This document shows positions 16,864 to 26,718 of a DNA stretch of 64,000 nt, piece by piece. The position numbers were made by a program, and so were the translations under genes. This DNA comes from Candidatus Woesearchaeota archaeon. Lineage in GTDB: Archaea; Nanobdellota; Nanobdellia; Pacearchaeales; GW2011-AR1. How positions within the stretch are numbered: the stretch's first letter is position 1; the number at the start of each line of letters is the position of its first letter. The notes beneath the pieces are model-generated. The model was not told the DNA's origin. It saw only the letters and a program-made list of their open reading frames with translations, and did no database searches. The stretch covers positions 2,003 through 66,002 of the forward strand of contig CAYOFN010000001.1 in NCBI GenBank assembly GCA_964403535.1, given 5' to 3'.

Positions 16864-18363
16864 TTATTTCCTGTATTTTCTTTCCAATACCATAAACAAA
16901 ACCATAATCAATACAATAACTAAATCAGTAATAAGTGTACTCAACACAATTACCTCTCCTAATCCTCCTCCAAAAAGTCCCAAACTTAAGATACCTAATC
17001 CAATTAAAAGAGTAATTGCAAGTGAGATTCCTTCTAAAACCCAGGCAATTCCCCTGGCTGTCCTATTAGAGCTTAAAAATAAAAGCAATATTCCGATAAT
17101 AAACATTATTCCGAGTGGAGTAAAAACCCAGACTAAAAAAATAACAAAACCAATTACTACTCCTTTCAGCACACTCTCCCAAGCTTCTGGCCCAGCATTT
17201 ACTTTTTTATTATCCTCTGCAGCTCTAAAGAAAACATCATCATCCATCTGACTTTTCTGAAGATTAGCATAAAGAGAAGTTATAAAGTACTTGTTTTGTG
17301 ATGGCTGAATTAAACTTTCTCCATTTTCATCATCACCTAACTTTTCTATCTGATTTTTCTCAAACCAATTTCCATACTGAATATTAAAGTTAGCATTATT
17401 TGCTTCATACTTCCCCTCTGCAATAATGTACAATTGTATTGGAGTATACTCATTCCAGTAAGGTGCCACATAATTAATTCCTCCTATCTGCATGTCCATA
17501 ATCTCATCATTTATACAACGCTCTCCACCTCCAGAATATTCTATGCACCAATTTGCCTCTGTTGGATTACTCGTTTTTTTAGTGAGTACTTCACTGTTTT
17601 CAACTTTTCTTGTAGCTCCAATTGGCTCATCTTTAGCTGCAATATACTTTACTTCTGGTTTAAAATCTATAGAAGATATTTTTAGAGGAAAGACAATCTT
17701 ATCACTTAAAAATTCAAACTTAATTGGAGTAGGATGCCCCTCTCTCAAGTCACTCTCAACTTCTTTAGAATCAATAGAAGAAGACGAAACTTTTATTGCA
17801 TTAAAAAACCATCCCTTATTAATATAATAATTTAAGACATAAGCATACTCTTTAGGATACACATACCCATTCTCATTAAACCATCTGACAAGTTCTTCTG
17901 AATTTGTTGCTGCAATAACACTTACATTATAGTAATCAACTTCTTGAGACTCAATAATCGCAACTCCATCATATCCCCCTGCTTTCATTGCACCTGCAGC
18001 TGCTTCTAAAACATTCCAACTTCCCCGGTCATATTGAGGAGCAGTTAATCTCTGAATATTAATAAAAATTTCTTCATTTGCTTTTGAGAGTTTTGGAATA
18101 GTTGGAGTTGGAACAATCCACACCAACTCTTTTGCATTTCCTTTAAAGTCAGACGTGAGAATCATTGTCTCTTTATTCTCTTCATGAAAAATTATTGCTT
18201 TCTGCTGTCCAGGTCTAACCCAATAATCTGGATAAGGAATATATGCTCCATCAGCTAATACTCCAGACACCTGTAATAAAACAACAAGTATAGCCAAAAC
18301 CAATATCACCGTCTTTTTCATATTTTCTCTTACTCTTTTATCTTTATAAATTTTACTTCTCAT
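16864..18363 (-). CDS. DUF2330-family exported protein with C-terminal TM bundle
   Basis: Signal peptide, QKAII...WIVPTP, L..WF..NGY, YINKGWFF.AIK, FPLKIS. Confidence 0.8.
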   Translation of the reverse strand: MRSKIYKDKRVRENMKKTVILVLAILVVLLQVSGVLADGAYIPYPDYWVRPGQQKAIIFHEENKETMILTSDFKGNAKELVWIVPTPTIPKLSKANEEIFINIQRLTAPQYDRGSWNVLEAAAGAMKAGGYDGVAIIESQEVDYYNVSVIAATNSEELVRWFNENGYVYPKEYAYVLNYYINKGWFFNAIKVSSSSIDSKEVESDLREGHPTPIKFEFLSDKIVFPLKISSIDFKPEVKYIAAKDEPIGATRKVENSEVLTKKTSNPTEANWCIEYSGGGERCINDEIMDMQIGGINYVAPYWNEYTPIQLYIIAEGKYEANNANFNIQYGNWFEKNQIEKLGDDENGESLIQPSQNKYFITSLYANLQKSQMDDDVFFRAAEDNKKVNAGPEAWESVLKGVVIGFVIFLVWVFTPLGIMFIIGILLLFLSSNRTARGIAWVLEGISLAITLLIGLGILSLGLFGGGLGEVIVLSTLITDLVIVLIMVLFMVLERKYRK

Positions 18364-18364
18364 T

Positions 18365-18952
18365 TTACATCTTCCTCCAATTCCAAATCACAAATACCAT
18401 TAATGCAACTAAACTTCCAGCTAAAAACCACGCCCAGACAGGAATTCCAATCAATCCAAAACTCTCTGCCCCCATACCCCCAACTGCTCCTGAATTAGTA
18501 GGAACAACCTCTGCTGCACTATCCATAAATTTTTCAGCTAAAAAATCCCCTCCTCCTCTTGCTGTTGTAAAAATCTTAATTAAAACTGCCCCAATTCCTG
18601 AGACAATCACTCCAGGAATTATTTTTTTTAATTTTCCACTAACACCTGAATAAGATTTTGGAGAGATAATTATATGTTTGTTTGCAAGTTTGTATAAATC
18701 TATTTTCCTGCCTTTTCTGCTCCAGAAAAAGTTCTTAGCTTTTTCAATCAATCCTGCTGCAAGTAACTTCTTAAGATTATACTCAACAGTGTTAATCGGC
18801 ATCTTTAATGCATCAGACATATCTTTCTCACTTACTTCTTTATTCTCACTTAAAAAATCAATAATCTTTTTACAGGTTTTATTTCCTAATACCTCTGAGA
18901 TTTGTTTAATTCTTTCATCTTCAAATGAAACCATGAGGTACTTAGTTCCCAT
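18365..18952 (-). CDS. Membrane-anchored ArsR-like winged-HTH regulator
   Basis: LGNKTCKKIIDFL...NTVEYNLKKL...FFWS.KG; two C-terminal TM helices. Confidence 0.85.
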   Translation of the reverse strand: MGTKYLMVSFEDERIKQISEVLGNKTCKKIIDFLSENKEVSEKDMSDALKMPINTVEYNLKKLLAAGLIEKAKNFFWSRKGRKIDLYKLANKHIIISPKSYSGVSGKLKKIIPGVIVSGIGAVLIKIFTTARGGGDFLAEKFMDSAAEVVPTNSGAVGGMGAESFGLIGIPVWAWFLAGSLVALMVFVIWNWRKM

Positions 18953-18991
18953 GTTCTACCTAGAAAAAATATCTTTTTAAACCCCTCGATA

Positions 18992-19011
18992 ACTTCAATG
19001 ACGATTGAAGT
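18992..19011. promoter_or_regulatory. Perfect 8-4-8 inverted repeat upstream of the membrane ArsR operon
   Basis: ACTTCAAT-GACG-ATTGAAGT immediately 3' of a minus-strand TTTATATG box. Confidence 0.65.
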
Positions 19012-19023
19012 CATATAAACTTA

Positions 19024-19392
19024 TTAGGAATAAAATTCTTTCTCACTCACCCTGACTGTCTGATTTGGGAAATTCCTGGCTAGATAATCTTCTTCAGATA
19101 CTACTGCTCCAAATAAAGGATCCCAAACTGTTCCCCCACCTATACAAATCCAGTGATGCCAGAATTCTGCTTCAGGAATCATCGGATATAGCTTGGCTCC
19201 ATCTCCAGAAATAAGTTTTTTTAATTCTACTATCCAACTAGGATGTGTTCTTTTAATAATTGAAGCCATTCTTCTTGCCCGATAATAGCAACCATTTTCA
19301 ACTACTTCTGCTTCTAGATTAAGAGTTTTAAATCTTTTAATTATTGCCCGTTCTATCATTTTCTTTCTAAGAATCAGCTCTTTTTCACCCAT
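19024..19392 (-). CDS. Hypothetical protein, possible papain-fold Cys-His-Asp enzyme
   Basis: NGCYYRARRM ... WHHWIC ... VWDP. Confidence 0.55.
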   Translation of the reverse strand: MGEKELILRKKMIERAIIKRFKTLNLEAEVVENGCYYRARRMASIIKRTHPSWIVELKKLISGDGAKLYPMIPEAEFWHHWICIGGGTVWDPLFGAVVSEEDYLARNFPNQTVRVSEKEFYS

Positions 19393-20282
19393 GCAGAAGC
19401 AGACTTTGCAGCAACTGCTCCCTGGCTTGCAGCAACAACTACTTGTTTTAAAGAAGAATGAGTAACATCCCCTGCAGCAAAAACTCCGTCTACACTTGTT
19501 TTCATTTCACTATCAACAATTATCTGCCCGTCTTTGTCTAATTCTAGATCTAAGTCTTTAATAAACTCAATCAATGCAATAGCCCCAATCTCAATAAAAA
19601 CTCCGTCTATATTAAATTCTTTTTCCTTTTCATTTTGTCTGACTACTAATCCTTCAACCTTACTCTCTCCTTTTATTCTAAGAGGAACTGCTTCATATAC
19701 AATCTCAACATTTTCTTTTTTTTCAAGCCTTTTGCTTGTAATCTCCTCGCATCTAAGTTTTTTACCCCTGTAAAATACATAGACTTTTTTAGCTAAATCT
19801 GAAAGAGCTAGAGCAGAGATAGCTGCACAGTCACTCCCTCCAACAACGCCAACTGTTTTATTTTTAAAAAAGAAAGCATCACAAGTAACACAGTAACTTA
19901 CTCCCTTACCAGTCAGTTCTTTTTCACCAGGAACATTTAATTTTCTTCTTTTTGTTCCACTTGCGATTATTACACTTTTCGAATAAATTTTTTGTTTTTT
20001 TGTTTCAATACAAAACCCTTCCTTTTCTTTCTTTATTTTTTCAACATCCTGCATAATAAAATCAATTTTATACTCCTTTAATTGCTCATAGAACTTTTTC
20101 ATTAATTCTGCTCCTGTTCCAGAAAATCCTGGCCAATTTTCAAGTAAGAGAATGCTATTAGTAGTTCCGCCAATATCTTTGCTGATTATTACTGTTTTTA
20201 ATCCATCTCTTGCTGCATATAATCCTGCACTCATCCCAGCAGGTCCTGCCCCAATAATCACAACATCATAATTCTTTGTCAT
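19374..20282 (-). CDS. trxB: Thioredoxin-disulfide reductase
   Basis: IIGAGPAG, GVSYCVTCD, VVGGSD, GVFAAGD; likely start at ATG 20282. Confidence 0.93.
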   Translation of the reverse strand: MTKNYDVVIIGAGPAGMSAGLYAARDGLKTVIISKDIGGTTNSILLLENWPGFSGTGAELMKKFYEQLKEYKIDFIMQDVEKIKKEKEGFCIETKKQKIYSKSVIIASGTKRRKLNVPGEKELTGKGVSYCVTCDAFFFKNKTVGVVGGSDCAAISALALSDLAKKVYVFYRGKKLRCEEITSKRLEKKENVEIVYEAVPLRIKGESKVEGLVVRQNEKEKEFNIDGVFIEIGAIALIEFIKDLDLELDKDGQIIVDSEMKTSVDGVFAAGDVTHSSLKQVVVAASQGAVAAKSASAWVKKS

Positions 20283-20351
20283 TTTTATAAACAGCATCTC
20301 TTCTTTAAAAATCTTCCTTCTTTTTAGCTTAATCTTCTGATTTAATACAGC

Positions 20352-20993
20352 CTATTTCAATACGTCTTTAATCTCAGCAATATCTGAGACAATAATCTCA
20401 GGATTTTCATCTAAAATTTCTTTTCTGGAATTCCACGCACACTTACTCATAATAATAATCCCTTTACATCCAACTTTCCTTGCAACTCTTATATCTGCAG
20501 CTCTGTCTCCAATATAATAACATCTATCTTTTTTTATCCTGTTTTTTTTAAGATACTCTTTAATAAACTCTGCTTTATCATTAAAATCTTCAGCTCCATA
20601 GATTCCTTCAAAGTACTTATTTAATTTAAAATGAGTTATAATTGGAACTACAAATTCTTTTAAAGAATTTGAAACAATAATTTTTCTCTCCTTGATTTTT
20701 TTAATTTCCTCAACATCTCTGCATTTCTTAACATCTCTGATATTTTTCTTGACATTTTTCATAATCTTCATTTTTAAGATCCACAAAACAATAAAAGAAA
20801 ATCCAAATTTTTTTAAAGTCTCTTCTAAACTCAATCCAAGATTAATTATTTTATTAACCTGATTATGATTAAAACCATATTTTTTTAATTCATTATAAAT
20901 CCCAAGATAGTACAACTGCTTAGTATCTGCAATAGTTCCATCAAAATCAAAAATAAGAAAGAAACCCTTATTTATCTTTGCTCTTTTTTTCAT
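20352..20993 (-). CDS. HAD-superfamily phosphatase
   Basis: FDFDGTIADT, VSN, YIGDRAADI. Confidence 0.9.
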   Translation of the reverse strand: MKKRAKINKGFFLIFDFDGTIADTKQLYYLGIYNELKKYGFNHNQVNKIINLGLSLEETLKKFGFSFIVLWILKMKIMKNVKKNIRDVKKCRDVEEIKKIKERKIIVSNSLKEFVVPIITHFKLNKYFEGIYGAEDFNDKAEFIKEYLKKNRIKKDRCYYIGDRAADIRVARKVGCKGIIIMSKCAWNSRKEILDENPEIIVSDIAEIKDVLK

Positions 20994-22998
20994 CTTCTTC
21001 TAGTTTCTTAAGAAAATCACCTATGAACTTTTTATTTACATCCACATTTACAATACTCTTAATTTTAAAAACATCTTCTTTAGCATGTTTCTCTGTCTTT
21101 ATGCTGCTGATTGTTTTTTCATGAAGCTCTTTTCCAATTAAAACTTCTCCATTTGAAATCTCTGCAATTTTTCTTATACTTGTAATTGTCTTTCCAAGTC
21201 CAGTAAACTTTAATTTTCCATCTTCTATCTGGTTTATAATTTCTCCAGAATTAACTCCTATTCCAAACTCAATTCTTTCATTGAATTTTTTATTATGCTC
21301 TTCTAGTGCTTTTTGTATAGAAACTGCTGACTTTACTGCCTGCATCTCATTTTTAAAACTCTTTGTAAGCAGTGGACTGAAGATTATGAAGAAGTATTCA
21401 CCTGCTCTATACACTGCTCCTTTTAAATCATAAACCTCTCCAAAAGCTTTTTCTAAGCTTTCTTTTGAAATTTTTGCAAGTGTATTCTTAATCTTGATTC
21501 CAATCATTGAAACACTCTGTCTTTCACCTTTTAGCACCAATACATGTTCTGCTTCTTTTACTGCAGTTCCAGTCTTTATTGGTAAAAGTTTTAAAACTCT
21601 TGCTTCTTTTTTCACTTTTCCAGAATTATGTCTCTCATAATCTCTGTCTGAAATAGGATACGAAACTGCTCTTTTCTTTGAAATTCTTTGAAACATCATT
21701 AAGATAAAGACTCCCATAACAGCAATCAAAAAAAGCCAGACAATCGGATATCTTGTCCAGAGACCTAACTTTCCCTTAACATCCTCTACACTTATTACAC
21801 TCCCAGTTAATGGAACCCTCTCCTGAACTAAGGTATTTGTTCCATCACTTATTTTGATGTTATACTCTCCAGGAGGAGCTAAAAGACTAAACTTTTTTTC
21901 CTCACCAACTTTTAGTTTTAAATCCAGTATTTTAACAGAATCCCCTATTGAGATTTGCACAGCTCTTTGATAAATAATATTCCCTATATTTTTTATAACC
22001 AGAGTTTGATTATCAATCTCAAATCTTGCAAGTTCTACTTCTTCTACACTAAACAATCTTTTACTGCTTAACTCATCTTTTGTTGCAATCACCTCCCAGT
22101 ATCCAGAAAGAGGATTATCTCCCAGACTAACATTCACACTCTCCCCAACCTGCACAAGCCTTTTCCACCTCTCTGTCCCTGCACTATCTTTAATCTCCAC
22201 CATCACCTCCCCAGGAATAACTTGATTTGATTGGTCATAAAGAAAAACCTTAAATTCTAAAATATCTTTTGGAGAAATTGTCTGTTTATTTATTGCGACC
22301 TCTATTTTCTTGCCCTGTTGCATTATTTTTAAGTCTACTCTTACTTCTCCAGTATTTGTAATCTCTCCTTGCTCATCTTTCTCATATACTGTTGCAATGA
22401 GTGGATAAGTCCCTGCATTCATATTTTCAGGAATAGTAAAATTAACAGAGAATTTGCCATCTTTAACAACTCCAAGGTATTTTAAATTAGAAGTTCCAGC
22501 AGTAATTTCAACATAACCAAGCATACTCTGTCCAACTAAAAGATTATTTTTTTTAATTGCACTTCCTTTAGCAATTACACTCTCTCCGGGCTGGTATGTT
22601 CGGTCTTTTATATCAAAATTAACCTCTATCTCCCTTGATATTTCAAACCTCTGACTTTCTTTCAAATTTTTCCCATATTCTGCAGAAAAATAACACTCTC
22701 CACTTAAATTACCTATATACAAGGGTACTAGTGGCAAAGCAATATTTGTTTGTTTTTTTGTTAACAAAGAGTTATACACATTTTTATGAGTGTTCTCACA
22801 GACTAAATCTACAGAAAAATATCCTTCTGAAATGCTGCTAACCTCAGCAGTTAACTTTATTTCTTCACCAAGATTATACAAACTTTTAGGTTGGCTTAAA
22901 ATTATTTCTGCACTTACAACTGAACTCATCACAATAAGCATAACTAGTAAACCACTCCAAAAATATAAATTCCTCATTTTAATCTTTATTTTACCCAC
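20968..22998 (-). CDS. Single-pass surface protein: beta-sandwich ectodomain, TM, cytoplasmic degenerate class III nucleotidyl-cyclase-like domain
   Basis: Signal peptide, beta-rich region, TM, then FGIGVNSGE and GEVLI motifs without the canonical metal-binding Asp residues. Confidence 0.65.
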   Translation of the reverse strand: MGKIKIKMRNLYFWSGLLVMLIVMSSVVSAEIILSQPKSLYNLGEEIKLTAEVSSISEGYFSVDLVCENTHKNVYNSLLTKKQTNIALPLVPLYIGNLSGECYFSAEYGKNLKESQRFEISREIEVNFDIKDRTYQPGESVIAKGSAIKKNNLLVGQSMLGYVEITAGTSNLKYLGVVKDGKFSVNFTIPENMNAGTYPLIATVYEKDEQGEITNTGEVRVDLKIMQQGKKIEVAINKQTISPKDILEFKVFLYDQSNQVIPGEVMVEIKDSAGTERWKRLVQVGESVNVSLGDNPLSGYWEVIATKDELSSKRLFSVEEVELARFEIDNQTLVIKNIGNIIYQRAVQISIGDSVKILDLKLKVGEEKKFSLLAPPGEYNIKISDGTNTLVQERVPLTGSVISVEDVKGKLGLWTRYPIVWLFLIAVMGVFILMMFQRISKKRAVSYPISDRDYERHNSGKVKKEARVLKLLPIKTGTAVKEAEHVLVLKGERQSVSMIGIKIKNTLAKISKESLEKAFGEVYDLKGAVYRAGEYFFIIFSPLLTKSFKNEMQAVKSAVSIQKALEEHNKKFNERIEFGIGVNSGEIINQIEDGKLKFTGLGKTITSIRKIAEISNGEVLIGKELHEKTISSIKTEKHAKEDVFKIKSIVNVDVNKKFIGDFLKKLEEDEKKSKDK

Positions 22999-23077
22999 TT
23001 TTTAAGAAGAGGGTATATTTAAACTTTATTAAGAAGGAACGAAGCTTTTATAAATCTGTTAAGCATTTTTTAGGGAT

Positions 23078-24220
23078 ATGAAAAAAGCTGGTGTAAAAAC
23101 TAAAAAAATGGTAGTTACTCCCTGGGAAGTTGAAGGCAAGGTAGACTATGATAAATTAATAAAAGAATTTGGAGTTTCAAAAATTGACTTTGCTCTTCTT
23201 GAGAGAATTAAAAAACATACAGGAGAGTTACATCCTTTTTTAAGAAGAAAAGTTTTTTTTGCTCACAGAGATTTAAACTGGCTTTTAGATGAGTATGAAA
23301 AAGGAAATTCCTTTTTCCTTTATACAGGAAGAGCTCCATCAGGACCAGTTCATATAGGGCATCTTCTTCCGTGGATATTCTGCAAGTGGCTGCAGGATAA
23401 ATTCAATGCAGAAATGTGGTTCCAGTTTCCAGATGAAGAAAAATTCCTTTTTAAAAAAGAATTGGAGTTTAAAGATACTGAGAAGTATCTCTATGAAAAT
23501 ATGCTTGATGTTATTGCTCTTGGTTTTGACCCAAAGAAAACTCATTTTTTAATTGATACACAGCACGCAGGTTTAATGTACAAGCAAGCCTGTAGAGTAG
23601 CAAAGAAGATAACTTTCTCCACAATAAAAGCAAGTTTTGGTTTTACAAATGAAACTAATATTGGAAGTATTTTTTATACAAGCATGCAGGCTGTCCCTAC
23701 TTTCTTGCCCTCAATACTAAAAGGGAAAAATATTCCGTGTTTAATACCTCTAGGAATAGATCAGGATACTCATTTTAGAGTTTCCAGGGATGTTGTTCCA
23801 AAGTTAGGGTATTATAAGCCGGCAATAATTCATACAGTATTCCTCCCTCCGCTCTCTGGCACTAGCGGGAAAATGTCTGCATCAGATGACTCCTCAGCAA
23901 TCTACACAACAGACACTCCAAAACAGGTTGAGAAAAAAATAAAAAAATATGCTTTTTCAGGAGGACAATCAACTCTCGAGTTGCACAGAGAACATGGAGG
24001 AAATCCTGAAGTTGATGTAAGCTTCCAGTATCTTAAAATGTTTTTCGAGCCAGACGACAAGAAGCTCGAAAAAATAGAGCAAGATTATAGAAGCGGAAAA
24101 CTTCTCACAGGAGAATTAAAAGAAATCTTAATTGAAAAAATCAACAAGTTTTTGAAAGAGCATCAAAAGAAGCGCGAGTTAGCAAAATCTCAAGTTGATA
24201 AATTTATTTTTAAGGGCTAG
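23078..24220 (+). CDS. trpS: Tryptophan--tRNA ligase (archaeal/eukaryotic type)
   Basis: VTPWEV, YTGRAPS, HIGH, GIDQD, KMSAS, AFSGG. Confidence 0.97.
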   Translation: MKKAGVKTKKMVVTPWEVEGKVDYDKLIKEFGVSKIDFALLERIKKHTGELHPFLRRKVFFAHRDLNWLLDEYEKGNSFFLYTGRAPSGPVHIGHLLPWIFCKWLQDKFNAEMWFQFPDEEKFLFKKELEFKDTEKYLYENMLDVIALGFDPKKTHFLIDTQHAGLMYKQACRVAKKITFSTIKASFGFTNETNIGSIFYTSMQAVPTFLPSILKGKNIPCLIPLGIDQDTHFRVSRDVVPKLGYYKPAIIHTVFLPPLSGTSGKMSASDDSSAIYTTDTPKQVEKKIKKYAFSGGQSTLELHREHGGNPEVDVSFQYLKMFFEPDDKKLEKIEQDYRSGKLLTGELKEILIEKINKFLKEHQKKRELAKSQVDKFIFKG

Positions 24221-24251
24221 CCTTTTTCTAATCTCTCAATTTCTCAGAAAA

Positions 24252-24764
24252 TTATTCTAATGCAGAACTTTTTTCTTCAGTTAATTGTATTCTCGAAATT
24301 TCTATTCTTGGTGGTGGACTTGAAGATTCAGAAAGGTAATATTCTCCCTTCTCGCATACATATATTCCAATTGTAGTATAAGTTGGGGCATGTCCTCCCG
24401 AAACAGCTGAAGATTTAAAGTTGATATTTGTTACTTCATCACAGTCTGAAATTATGTTGTCACATTCCGCATTTTCAGAATTATCACATTCTTTAATTCC
24501 CTTTAAATCTTCAATGACACTCAATTTATCAAAAACTTCTTGTTCAGGAATTGGAGGACATACTCGTAATCTTTCTGAAAGATTTATCCGATCTATTCCC
24601 TCGACAGATTTACATTCTTTTAAATAACCTAAATAATTACTTAACCCCAAATCTTTTTCTTTTGATTTATCATAAGTTGTTGTTTGCTGGTTGAATATAA
24701 GAATGCTCCCAACCCCAATTAAGATTATTAAAATTACAAGTCCTCCCAATAATTTTGTTTTCAT
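24252..24764 (-). CDS. Membrane-anchored, Cys-containing exported hypothetical protein
   Basis: N-terminal hydrophobic anchor, 6 Cys. Confidence 0.7.
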   Translation of the reverse strand: MKTKLLGGLVILIILIGVGSILIFNQQTTTYDKSKEKDLGLSNYLGYLKECKSVEGIDRINLSERLRVCPPIPEQEVFDKLSVIEDLKGIKECDNSENAECDNIISDCDEVTNINFKSSAVSGGHAPTYTTIGIYVCEKGEYYLSESSSPPPRIEISRIQLTEEKSSALE

Positions 24765-24826
24765 ATGTCGGATAGTCTTCTCGCACTTATAAATTTTTTT
24801 ATGTTACCCCTCTTCCTCTCAACATT

Positions 24827-25593
24827 CTAATCCCTCAACTTCTCAGAAGAAGCCTGGTTTGAAATAGCAATTCCACTCTTTTCAATACTAAAAGGATAAA
24901 CTTCAAGTGAATGTTTTACCCCCCTCATCTTTAAGATTTCTATAAACCTCTCTCTTTTCTTTTTGATTCTCGGAAAATACAAAAGAATAATTGAATCAGA
25001 CTCAAATTCAAGAGCACGTGAGGCTGATTTTTTCTCTCTAAAAGGCTCTCCTTCATAAGTAAGCAGAGAAGTGCAATCCCATTTTCTTAGCATATTAAAA
25101 AGAGCAAGTGACGCCTCTCTTCTCTTAATTGCATCATCAAATAACAATTCAAAAGAAGTAATGCTGTCAATCACAATCCTTGTTACTTTTCTTCTTAGAA
25201 CAATTGACTCAACTGTTCCCCCACCTTCCTCTAACATTGTTCTGACTTTTTCAGGAGTATACTCAAGAAACATAAATTTTCCTTCTTTTTCATATTTTTC
25301 CAAATCCCACCCAAACTCCTTCATATTTTCATAAAACTCCTTTTTCTTTTCCTCAAATGTAATATACAGACATTTTTCTCCTTTTTTTATTCCTTCGATT
25401 AAGAACTGAACAGCAAAGATACTCTTCCCACTTCCACTTCCTCAACAATCAAATTAGTAGAATCTCTCTCAAACCCTCCTTCAGAAATCTTGTCAAAATT
25501 AGAAATTCCAGAAGCAACTTTTTGCTGCTCTTTTTTATTCATTTTTCTCTCTCCAACACTTTTGGACTTGTCCTTCTCCCTTTTTTTTACCAT
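24827..25593 (-). pseudogene. KaiC/RecA-superfamily ATPase broken by a 1-nt deletion at about 25443 (or a sequencing error)
   Basis: SGISNFDKISEGGF..STNLIV in one frame; GSGSGKSIFAVQFL..YITFEE...RIVIDS...ILKMRG in the other. Confidence 0.85.
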
Positions 25594-25794
25594 ACTTATT
25601 AAAGAAAAAATAAGTATAAAAATCTATCTTTAAATTATTACTCTCATTAAAACATTAAATCTAGATAAGCATAACTTAATTTAAATTCACTAATTGTCTA
25701 TCTCCATTAACAACCAAAATTCTCCAGTTATTAATAATAGTCTATTAACATTAATACTCCTCTCTTCATAATCTTTTCAACACTAACCTTTTTC

Positions 25795-26718
25795 TTAAGC
25801 AATTAACTCAGAGATAAAACCAGACAAGAAAAATCTTACTGCAAAAAAAGTTCCTAGTCCTAAAATCAGCAAAGGTAGAAGATATTTCATTCCTTCTTTT
25901 TCCTCTCCCTTGCTTACTAACCCAAGAACAAGCGATGCTAGAATATCCGTAGTGATAATAAAAACTATTGAAAAATATTTTATAAACCCCACAGAAACAT
26001 TTACACTTGAAAGAGTGAATGGAAGATTTACAGGAGCAGAAGTTATATTCACACTTGGAATTGAACCAATAAGCTTTGTCAAAGTTTCAACTAGGATATT
26101 TGAGAGTGAAAATAATGCAGGCGAAAAAATTGCAACAGCAAGAAAAATAAATATCACATACATAAGAACATTTGAAGCAGCTTTTTTCTCAACAAAATCC
26201 CGTTCTCTCATGCTTATAGATGTTTCCTCCAACAAAATAGCAATATCCCCCCCAGCACTCATTCCAGATTTAAGCAAAAGAATTGTTTTATAAATTTTAT
26301 CAGAACCTATTTTTTTTGACATTTCAAGCAAAGCTGACTCAGTGGTTTGTCCAGTAGCTATAGCCTTTCCAGCATTCATTATCTCTTCATCAAGCGGGGA
26401 AAACTCTTTTCTTGAACTTAATAACATTGCTTTATCAATAGTCATTCCTGCTCTTAGATTACTTGACATTAATTGCAGAAAATCAGGAAAAACATCTTCC
26501 ATCTTTTTTATTCTTGCACTCTCCTTTAGATCTTTGCTGACTTTTAGATAAACAAACCATAAAATTAAGAATACAAAAAAAGCTCCTGCAAGAACAATCC
26601 AACTCTTGTAAACAATAAAAAAGATACTGGAGACTATCAGAGAAAAAACAATCCCGATTACTGCTTGCTTGTTTTTCCTAGCTCTTTCTTCAGGTGTAAT
26701 CCTCTTTCTAGTTTTCAT
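25795..26718 (-). CDS. Type IV pilus platform protein (T2SS F/TadC family)
   Basis: FPDFLQLMSSNLRAGMT...EFSPL..E, GGDIA.LLE. Confidence 0.92.
   Translation of the reverse strand: MKTRKRITPEERARKNKQAVIGIVFSLIVSSIFFIVYKSWIVLAGAFFVFLILWFVYLKVSKDLKESARIKKMEDVFPDFLQLMSSNLRAGMTIDKAMLLSSRKEFSPLDEEIMNAGKAIATGQTTESALLEMSKKIGSDKIYKTILLLKSGMSAGGDIAILLEETSISMRERDFVEKKAASNVLMYVIFIFLAVAIFSPALFSLSNILVETLTKLIGSIPSVNITSAPVNLPFTLSSVNVSVGFIKYFSIVFIITTDILASLVLGLVSKGEEKEGMKYLLPLLILGLGTFFAVRFFLSGFISELIA

Noticed and set aside
25600..25790. G-poor AT-rich spacers (also about 35020-35210, 46150-46350, 48420-48630, 62820-63050) as a repeat family or ncRNAs
   Set aside because: They share composition and short CTCTC/TTAAT words, but I could not align them or find stable stems; strand compositional skew explains them.
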